Made by a program: the position numbers and the translations under genes
NCBI GenBank assembly: GCA_951406725.2
Contig: OX597821.1
Coordinates: 67,518,001-67,582,000 of the forward strand
Source of the DNA: Octopus vulgaris
Lineage: Eukaryota
Direction of reading: 5' to 3'
DNA length: 64,000 nt
The notes under the pieces: generated by a model
Database searches by the model: none
Told to the model about the DNA's origin: nothing
Seen by the model: only the letters and a program-made list of their open reading frames with translations
Part shown: positions 52,307-64,000 of the stretch, in pieces
Position numbering within the stretch: position 1 is the first letter of the stretch
Layout: the number at the start of each line of letters is the position of its first letter

Positions 52307-55300
52307 TAAAGTTATGCATAGATATGAACGCATATATTTTTAAAAATAAATACATAAGTTCTACATATGTATGGAAGTGAATAAATATTCATACAGACAC
52401 ACACACACCAATACACACACACACACACACATACATACTTACACACGTACACACACAGGTATATCAAATCTTAACTTCCTCATAATGTCGATGAGGTCAC
52501 CTTCGTTCGAATATTTCTAGGTCTTTTAGTTAGAGAGGATAGTTGAATGTTTTAGTCCAAATTTTCTCTCGACTTGATGTGTGGCTGTCGTAATTTTTTC
52601 ATAAGTGTTTGCCTAAGTTTAAGCATCTGGACTTAACTCTTCGGATGAGGTTTTTGTTTATGCCATGAGTATTTTTTCAATTGAATACGTTTTATTCTGT
52701 TTAATTTGCTCGTCATTTCTTGGGGAATAGCCCATCACCGGTAATGATACTTATTCAAACGTTGAGATTTTCAAACTTATGAGGGAGAATTACATAAAAA
52801 CTGTTGCTGAATATATGCCTCATTTCAACTGAATCATCGAGTTTCACCGTACTACGATCTCCCGCCAAGAGAACTGTTCTAATTGGGTGTTGTCTTTAAT
52901 TGTATCAATAACAATGGGTGTGGGCTCTTGCATCTATCAGTTCATATGTTTCTTTCTGCCGCCGTCTTTCTTGCTTCAAGTTTTCAGTATGCTTGTGAAT
53001 GTATGAATGTAGGTGAGTATGCAAGCATGATATACGAGGCATGTTTGTCTGTATATGTGCGCAAACATATGCGTTTGTACATACAAACATGTGAGTGTTT
53101 ACCAACGCGGTAATTATTCGCAAAGTCATTGCTGTCTTAAAAATGATAACACACATTGGGTGTTCCATAAGGTAGACGGGCACGACGCTCCGGCGCCAGC
53201 CGTCTATGCATTTGCAATAAAGAGCTATCACAACTAACTATAAAACAGTGTACGAATTGTAAATTGGATGCAAAAGATTAGTTGACAGCACTGCATTTGT
53301 ATATAGAATTTCACAAAGGAAGTGAAATAGCTATGGAGTATTTTGTAATAGAAAAATATAAGCCAAAAATGTAATCGTACATCACATGCAGACATGTATC
53401 CGGACTTAGCCGTTGTATATTTTCTTTTTAATCCAGCGTTGACAGATTTGTCAGTTATATGGACTTTCTAATGATCCTTTGCGACCTACAGCAAAGCGCA
53501 CTAACAACAGGTAATTATCTTGTGAAAAAAGAAAACGCCTCAAAGAATGCAATAGGAAAACAGAAAAAAACCTGATTATATCTCATACTAACTTGCGAAT
53601 TAGATCTGTCAGTTATCTGTTGAAAATGTAGATCCTCTGGAAAAGTAAATAGTTGAAGAAACACATTTTGCTATACAATATACGTTCTTCATCTCTATTT
53701 AATTTTTGCTTAATGATATTCTGCAAATTGAATTAGAATATTAATAGCAAAAACATTTGAGGTCACTCTTGAGCTTTCAGCTAAAGCTGCACAATGACAA
53801 TTGCTTTCATTACTGACTAAATTTGGTAAGAAGAAGATAATTGTCTGAGCTCAATTAATTTCGATAAAATTTGGAAGTGATCAATCACAAATATTGATAT
53901 CGTGTTGTCAATTGCAAGGTTACAAATGAGTTCTCAGAGTATGTATAATTGGGTTTTACGTTCTGAGTTCAAATATCGCCGAGGTCGAATTTACCTTTTT
54001 AGCAATTCAAAATGCTAAGAGAAATGTCACAGATGGTTACACGTTTTGACAGGCATCAAGAAAGCCGAAAGGCGTTAATACTGCAAATATTATTCTTCGA
54101 TGTGTATTGTTTTTAATACGGCATGTGAATGAAGAGACAAAAACTACACCAGCAGGCCTCTCTACGGTTTACATATACATTCTGGAATGTATAACGTGTA
54201 GAGAGATGAAATAATAGGCATTATTAAGTCATAACCTTTTACATTCTGAGATCAAGTTACGTTGAGTTCTCCTTTACTTTTCATCAGTCAACGCTTCATA
54301 AAACAGTTCACCATTCACGTACTGGGTAGCATCAATATAATCGATTATAACCATTTTCAAGAATTCAATATTTCTGGAGTAGAGAAGTTTAATTAATCGG
54401 TTTGAGAAAATATTTAATCTGTTTCTCCATTTGAGATCAAATATATCGTTGAAACTCTACGGTTAAAACTGGAAAAGAGTTCAGATCGTTAAAGCAGTTC
54501 CAGTATTTGATGTAGTATTACACAATTTTAATTTTAACCCAACAATATTTGGATAGCGAACGAAATACTAAAATACTTTGGTTTGGTACTTGACAGGAGT
54601 ATTTCCTGAATAAAACTGAAAAGGAATGCGTTTACTGATGCAAACATAACAACGACAATAGAGATTATAAAGTTTATATAATTCCAGGTTAAATATCAGC
54701 AGAGAATAAGGTTTGATAAACGAGCTTAATTACTCAGTAGAATTGGATATATCAAACCTACTCAAACAATGAAATTAAAAATGTAGAAGAAAGAAAAGTA
54801 TAAAGAAAACGATATTCAGCGTGAAATCGGTAAATCGAATTTGAACAATCTCTGTCTTTTACTGAGGTTGAATTGAGGCCTTTTAGGAAACACTATGGGA
54901 CAATACAAAGAACATCATTTCTGATGCTAAATGAACGAAAAGTCGATGTATTAGAGATATTTCAAAAGCAAAAGAATGATATCCAATTGGAAGATATCCA
55001 GAAGAGCTTTTATTTTTTCTTCGTATCTCACATACATGGATGCCTTAGTCACGAGACAAAATAAGATTCCTAATATTTATTTTATTTCTTTCACATCTAT
55101 CCATAAGGAATTGGCAGTAAGCCTTCCTAAGATTACGAAATATCTAGACGAAATTCCGCCTCTTTGACGGAAACAGCTACTTTCCTCTCTCTTATAAGCG
55201 AGGAAATGGAGAACCCTTTACAGTATTAAGCCAATTATCTGTCACTGTAAGACATATAATCTACAATAATCCATCTTTACAGAATATATTTACTGCTTCA

Positions 55301-55399
55301 TGCAGAAATCAATCGTTACTCTACAGTAAGAAATCGCCGAATATGTGAATAGATTGCACGTTTCAAATTGAAGACACTAGAACTCAGAAGCACCACAAT

Positions 55400-55630
55400 A
55401 ATAGAAACCACTCAGTGACCTCTATGCAATCACGCAGCTAGCTAGAAATAGCTACTTATCCCACTCTCAATTTAATTCCGTCTGTCTTTAAAAACAAATG
55501 AAGGATATACTGGATAATGTGAATCTACAGACCATCACTGAATAGAAAAGAATATGCTATGGTCTGGATCACCATCGAACTATATACCTTGAATTGGGGT
55601 TGATCTTAGATTGAACAACAAAAACAACAA
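55400..55630 (+). mobile_element. Old SINE-like family E remnant (related pieces at about 1215-1400 and 61680-61930, minus)
   Basis: gctagaaatagc... and an (AAC)n-like tail; loose reverse-complement similarity among the three loci. Confidence 0.4.
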
Positions 55631-56886
55631 TTAGTGTCCAGGGATTTCCACTCATCTCAAAGTTCACTGAAGGCAGTATGCACAGGGCGATTAAGTAGAA
55701 TTTTATTTCTTATTCAAGCAAGAGGAAGCATACAACCAAGACTATTTTTAGTTAAAAAAATATATAGCATTGTTACTACAATACGCCGTCTGCATGAAAA
55801 AACAACCGTTAATTTAGTGTTAATATAATGAACACGTTAATCATTGAGCTAATGCAAAATTTCATTAGCTCAACGAATACTAATATTTTATGCATTCCGT
55901 CAAGTTAACTTAGTTAAACATTCACAGTAAAGAATAGACTTCACCGTGTGGGCTGAAGTTGTTAGGAGATAACTACTGAGTACCTACATAATATTTATTT
56001 ACCCAGATGTAGTTCCCTTCCTTCGTATGTGTTAAATACGTTCATTTCCATATATTTTTATATATACTATTTCGTTTTTGGATTTGGTTTGCAAAATTCT
56101 TTATATGGGTTCGTGTGTAAACTTTGGTTCTGATTTTTCTGAATCAGACGTCAACCTAGCTAGACGTCATTTTTCTTGCATCTCGACATTTTTTTTCTTC
56201 TGGTATTTTCTCTTATTTATTCTATATCCTTTCAAAATTTCTCCCAGGTGTTACCCATTACAATTGGTCTTGGCCCAACGTCTCTTAATGTTTGTCTACG
56301 TCCATTGTTTACTCTGTAATTTCACGCTGTTGTTGTTTGTTCGTTCGAAGCCCTACCTCTTCACGATTTTTATATATTTAAAATTTCTGGATGCTGCTGT
56401 TTTATGAAGTTTTCCTGACTTGACGTTGAAAGCTCGAAACAGGGAGTAATAAACAGTCAACAACTAAGAAGGAGTTAGACCTCTTTTAGTATGTTTTCCC
56501 GTACTTGTCTCTACTTATGTGTTTACGTATTTTTCACTCGCTCGTGATGTCCTGTATTTAATGTGTATTTTTTAGTATTTTTGTCCTGCACTGATAAATC
56601 TTGTGTTTACGTGTTTTTCACTCGTTGGTTATATCTTGTAATTAATGTGTATAAATATAGACAAGAGAGGGAGCTGTAAGTCCCTGGTTTTAAGGGTATA
56701 CAGAAAGGTATGGTTGGAGGTTCAACCTTCCGAGTTATTTTACGGTATCCGAGAGGGAGATATGTTAAATAAAATCAGAATTATCTGATCCTCCTGTATT
56801 TTCTTGTACCCGATGGCACGAATATTCAGCAACCCTCATATGTATATGTATAAACACATACACACACACATATATATGTATACATG

Positions 56887-56918
<32 letters not shown>

Positions 56919-56929
56919 TATATATATGT

Positions 56930-57134
56930 GTGTGTGACCACGTGTGTATCGTTGGCGATTTTCTTTATCCGTCTTCTCTTCTTTGGACTTTTCCTTTTTC
57001 TATATTTCTGACGAAGAGCTCCGTTAAACCGAAACGTTAAATCCTCTTTCTTTCTTTCCTTTCCTGAGGGTCCAATAACACTATGCTTGTTTCACGTCCT
57101 CGTGTTGTGTTTTCTCTTTGTTCATCTTTGGATT

Positions 57135-57135
<1 letters not shown>
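56930..57135 (+). mobile_element. About 200-bp HHR-bearing element, homologous to 3583-3790
   Basis: Motif at 57004-57042 AUUU-CUGACGA-A-GAGCUCCGUUAAACC-GAAA-CG-UU-AAAU; flanked by microsatellites. Confidence 0.7.
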
Positions 57136-57177
<42 letters not shown>

Positions 57178-59289
57178 TATAATTATATATATGTATTAAT
57201 TTAGATATTAATAATCGTCTTATCACCTCCACACCAACCCAACGTGTATATGGCTATTGAGTTACTCAGCAGGAACACTTGTGAATATTGCTAGTTCATC
57301 ATATCAACCAGTCAATTGTGTGATTGAGGAAATATCGACTTGCTTAATGATGTTAGGTACGCTGCATCCGCAATCTCTGGAAGAAAATTAACTGCACATG
57401 CCACATGGGCAACAAATATAATGAATGGAGATAAATTTCAACAATTCAATTGACACTACAAATACTTCATTAGCATAGCATTTCATTCCATGAAATGCAT
57501 TGCATTATACGATGTGATTTTACACAGGTTTCTATATTTTGCATGCTAAATTACCTTTCATTTCCTCCGGCAAGGTGAACTGTCGTCAGATAAAAATCGG
57601 TCTCTAAAGCATTCGGTTTCTTGAAGTATCAGGAAGATTTCATCGTATCCCATCCACTGTCAGAGGTAGTGAAAGTAGCAATACAATCAATTAGCCAGAG
57701 TTATTACAGCTCCATAGATGTATGAACGATTATCAGCTGCAGGCTTTCGTGCGTAGATATTTATCAACTAAGGATTATATTAAATTCTCTAAGGCATGTA
57801 ACCTATGAGCTATAATGAAGAAGCAATAATACGAAAACCCATAATAAGGTGGACAAGTTTTAACGAAGGTGGTATTAGTAATACGCTTGAGATGGAAGAG
57901 AAGGGGGCCTTTCACGTTTCGGAAGTTAATCCTTCATCATAAAAAAAAACGAAAAAGTAAAAAAAAAGGTGGAAAGACGGGAAGAAGAATGTGTGGAGGT
58001 TTGACATAGTGAGAGGAGGTGATAAGAGAGAGGAGAAGTGTGAGAGCGAAAAGAGGGAGGGAATAAGAAAGAAATAAGTGGTCGCAGGAGATTGATTGTT
58101 AAGTTGACTGCAGTGCAAAAAATGAGAGAACAAGTTTCGTGTAAGCGTTGAAAATATATGATGAATGGAGAGAAAACATTTATCTCGCCTGTTCTTTAAA
58201 AAAATATCATAACAATGAAAACAGACGTAAAATAAAAGAGATGCAGCGAAAAATGTATTAAGGAGAATAAAGAATTTTTTAAAAAATCATTTATTCTGGT
58301 TGACTTATATAAACGTTATATAACAAAATTTCTCCAATTAACAACTTTTGAACACATAAACAGACGAACGAACTTATGAGCGACCCGTAGTGACTTGTTG
58401 TTGACACCACCATCAAGAAGAAGAAGAAGAAGAAGAAGAAGAAAAGCAGCAAAAACAACAACAACAGCAACAGCAACAGCAACAACAACAACAACAGCAA
58501 AAACGGCAATAACCTCGGTATTAGAAACAACTTGCATCTAATGATATCCGTAGATACAAGTTTCCGCCATCTTAACCATATAAGAACTTCCGTTTTCCTT
58601 TCATCTCTCTCATTTTCTCTCTCTCTCTGTCTCTCTCTGTGTCACTCATACACTCTCAGATTCTCTTTTCCTCTCCCTCCCTCTCTCTCTTTTTCTCTCT
58701 TTTTCTCTGTGTATCTTCCTCACAAAGAGACGCACAGACACACACACATGAGTATATGTATATTCATCTGTTTGTGTGCGTATGTGTGTGTACCATGTTA
58801 TATATATATATATATACAATATGTTATAAATACATGTACATACATCACATTTCTTCTTTTTCTCTCTCTCCTGCTCTCTCTCTCTCCTACTATCTCTCTT
58901 TCTCTCTCTCTCTCTCTCTCTCCTACTTCCTCACATTCTGTTCTTCATCCTATGCTCGCTCCTTCCAGTCTATAAGAACACATAAAGATTATACTCAGAA
59001 AGGAAGAAGTAAAGTAACTTTGACAAATCCGGTAGAGACCCAGCAGGAAACACGCCAAGAAGAGGACCGAGCGGCCTGTGGACGGTAGGAGAGGGGCGGC
59101 GACGAAATATATACATACTTTAAGGACGATATAGCCCCCGAAGAAACATTCAGCTGCTTACCCTTTTCTATGTCTGCCTATATATGCATGTGTATATGTA
59201 TATATGTATCTATATACGTATGTATGTTTCTATTTATCTATCAAACTATTTTCGGACCTTGTGCTTAGAGTAGAAAACAATCTATCTAT

Positions 59290-61040
<1,751 letters not shown>

Positions 61041-61772
61041 GTTTGTCTCTCTGTCAGGCTGTCTGGTTGTCTGTTTATCTGTCTATTTAAATTACTACTG
61101 AAGACATTTTTCCGATATTTCAATAAACATTGCTGATATAAAACAAAGTGATATGGTTGCAGAAGGAGGAGCTTGGAGTAAGGAAGGTGGGGGAAGAAAA
61201 CTCACGAGAGAGAGTAGAGGTGATAGGTAGGTTAAGGTGATGGTAGAGAGAGAGTGAAAGGAGATATGGCCTTAAGAAATATAATGTCCTTGTAAGGCGA
61301 TGAGTTGCAAATGAAAGCATGAATGAACAAAAGAATGAATGAAGGAATGAATCATCCATAAGAATAAGAATTACTCATATAAGGTCTTTGAATCATCAAG
61401 TTGTTTTTAACGACCGATGTACAGTTAGGGTTGCGTGTACATTATTTTCATGATTGCGTGCACGCGAAACTGAATGACTGCGAGCGTGTGTGTGTGTGTG
61501 TAAGTGAGACACTCTATGTGTGTTTGCGTGTGTGTGTATGTATGTGTGTGCGTGTGTAAGTGAAACCTTGTGTGAGTGTGTGTTGTATGTGTGTATGTAT
61601 ATGTGTATGTATGTGTACGTATGGGTGACTGTGCGACCTGAAGATGTCATTTGTTTTTTTTACAGCAACATTGCTGCTTCTGTTGTAGTTTAGCCCAAGG
61701 TAAGACCTAACTGAACTCAACTGTGATCAAAATCAATCCAGCCTGTTCCGTTTGTGCAGAAAACTATATATC

Positions 61773-61835
61773 ATACGACAATATATAATACGACAATGTA
61801 TAATACGACAATATATAATACGACAATATATAATA
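61773..61835. repeat. 15-bp tandem repeat x4 (atacgacaatatata)
   Basis: Read directly; one variant copy. Confidence 0.9.
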
Positions 61836-62214
61836 TGAGGTGCTGTGTTAATTTATCAAGAGAGTAAGATATGATTTGACGATGATTTGGCTGATATTTC
61901 AGCCAGAACTAATATCACATAATAAGGCTTCCACACGAATCTAATATTACTGTAGGCTCGCAAGTCCAGTGTATACATTCGTGATTCTGCGTGTATCAGT
62001 TCGTGAGCCGTTGTGTATATATATATGTACATATATCGTTCAATTCGCCTCAACTGATCAATAGACCAATTGAGGAAAATCATATTTTATTTACCTATAA
62101 TGAGTAGTGGAAACGGCTGTAAGCCAAATTTTGCCCCAATAAAGGAATAATATGTAATGAGTATTATTTTTAACTAGTTTCTTACATACATACATGCATA
62201 AATACATATTGACC

Positions 62215-62768
62215 GGCTGATTCTTACATTACAAGTCCAATCTGTGAGTGAAACTGTAAAAATATGCAAGACTTTACTCAAGTTCCAAATGTGAATTTGT
62301 CTCTGTTAACTAGATCCCAAAGATGGAACATTCTATATATGTTGGAAACCGGTCCCCCCTTGAAGATTTATAATAATTAAAAAATAGAAGAGGCATACAT
62401 CATACATACATACATACATGCATACATGTTATTTTGCTGCTATATTTAAAGATTTCTTGCCAATAGAAAAAGAGCCGGCTTTAGACCTAGATCCAAGGCT
62501 GCTTCATTGGAATTTTAATATCAACATGGTAATTTTGTATGCATGTATACGTGCAGATTTGTATGTTTTGTTTTATGTATTCTCATGCATATAGTTGCAT
62601 AACCAGACATGCTCATATATATTTGATAAACTTCTGAAAAGTTTTACAGATTTTTTACAGTTCCAGTGATGGATTGGATCTGTAGTCTTCGAATTAGCTT
62701 TCTCCTTTCTGGTTTTGAGAAGTCTAATTTCTCAACATTGGTATTTAGGCAGTGTTACATATGTCATT
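62215..62768. pseudogene. Two tail-to-tail RLE-type LINE 3' ends (62215-62390 plus, 62430-62768 minus)
   Basis: Plus: LQVQSVSETVKICKTLLKF*. Minus: [42 protein letters not shown]. Both abut (CATA)n. Confidence 0.65.
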
Positions 62769-62899
62769 GTATGTATGTATGCATGTATGTATGTATGTAT
62801 GTATATATATATGTATGTATGTATGTATGTATGAGAGAGAGAGAGAGAGAATGTGTGTGTAAGACAGAGTCAGTGTACGTATACACTGGTTTCATATTT

Positions 62900-63090
62900 T
62901 GGCACAAGTCCAGTAATTTGGGGGAGGGGCTAAGTCAATTGCATCGACTCCAGTATTCAACTGGTATTTATTTATATCGACCCCCGAGAGGATGAAAAGT
63001 GAAGTCAATTTTGGTGGAATTTGAACTCAGAACGTAAAGACGAGCGAAATGACGCTAAGCTTGCTAACGATTCTGCCAGCTCACCGCCTT
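62900..63090 (-). mobile_element. SINE family B
   Basis: ggaatttgaactcagaacg...ttctgccagctcaccgcc. Confidence 0.8.
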
Positions 63091-63235
63091 TGTGTGCGTA
63101 TATATTAATTTCAATAACTGTGCATGCAATCATGCGTAAGTGTGTGTGTGTTTGGAAGCAGTAATGCGTGTCTATATGTATATGTACACATGTAAATTTG
63201 TATAAGTGTACATATGTCTGACAATTCGTGTGTAC

Positions 63236-63285
<50 letters not shown>

Positions 63286-63319
63286 TCATATGTACTTTTC
63301 ATAAAATTATATATATATA

Positions 63320-63759
63320 CTAGCAGCATAGCCCGGCGTTGCCCGGGTATGTAAGGGCCCCTAGTAGGCAACGACTAATCCCAATCTAGTCCTTTCCCTC
63401 TAGGGAACGAAGGCGCATATGTAGGTTGCAATGTCTTCTCTTCACTCGAATACTTCTGTGTATACGATGTTCCTAGCTGTCCCTTTGGGCGATAAAAAGG
63501 TCGAGTTGTGTCCCCTAGATAGAAAATGTTTTGCATATAAAAAGCTTAGATTCTCGACCCCATGTCGAATTTATCGATTTTCTTCAGAACTGGGGGAACT
63601 TTTCAAAATTTTCGGTGCGTTAGTTTTGAATTATGACATTGGGCTATGTGTGTGTCAAGTTTCATCAGAATCGGTTGAAAGCCGTGGTCAGGGTGAGGGT
63701 ACAACCTGACAGACACACAGACGCACAGACAGACAAACTGCCGTTTATATATAGAGAGA
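63320..63759 (-). mobile_element. Non-autonomous Helitron, second family
   Basis: Minus strand: A|TCTCTCTATATATAAA...CCCGGGCAACGCCGGG...CTAG|T; interior differs from the other two Helitrons. Confidence 0.88.
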
Positions 63760-64000
63760 TATATACATGTTTTTTATAAAATTATATATATACACGTTTT
63801 TATAAAATTATTTTTTGCATTTTCTATCTTGACTTTTTTCCGTATACATATATATATATATATATACACATACATGTGTGTGTGTATTTCAGCGGAGGAG
63901 GCGTATGGAGGAATATGTATATTAAGTATGTAATATATTTTGTGTTTAAGTAGTTTAATCTTAATCCTTTTATCATACTTGTTAATGCCCAAAACGAGGT

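Noticed and set aside
55844-55873. 11-bp-arm hairpin (similar short stems at about 40250-40280 and 53172-53205)
   Set aside because: Short stems are expected by chance in 64 kb of biased sequence; no family or context support.
59030-59105. GC-rich patch as a promoter or exon
   Set aside because: Too short, with no convincing splice/ORF context or motif cluster.
61773-61835. Short repeat array as a CRISPR candidate
   Set aside because: Head-to-tail 15-mers with no spacers, in a eukaryotic context.

Overview
Eukaryotic, very AT-rich, microsatellite-saturated non-coding DNA. The SINE and microsatellite repertoire resembles an octopus (coleoid cephalopod) genome; that is inference, not a database result. 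I find no credible host protein-coding exon, and nearly all listed ORFs are translations of (TA)n, (CA)n, (GATA)n, (ATT)n or (GAT)n tracts. The real content is mobile DNA: (i) about 25 tRNA-derived SINE copies built from interchangeable head and tail modules (labelled A-E and X/Y/Z here, my own labels); (ii) decayed LINE fragments of the R4/Dong-like RLE, RTE, L1/Tx1 and CR1 groups; (iii) a Penelope-like (PLE) GIY-YIG endonuclease remnant; (iv) three non-autonomous Helitrons and one Helentron/HINE-like element. The strongest signal is a dispersed set of minimal hammerhead-ribozyme (HHR) motifs inside short (TA)n-flanked elements. Two have intact catalytic cores (27955-27997 minus, 38753-38830 plus), three related copies show compensatory helix-I pairs, and two fold-back hairpins begin at or near the predicted self-cleavage site. 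Also notable: a SINE-LINE shared 3' stem-loop, combinatorial SINE head/tail swapping, and a 1-kb inverted structure whose arms contain a captured SINE half.
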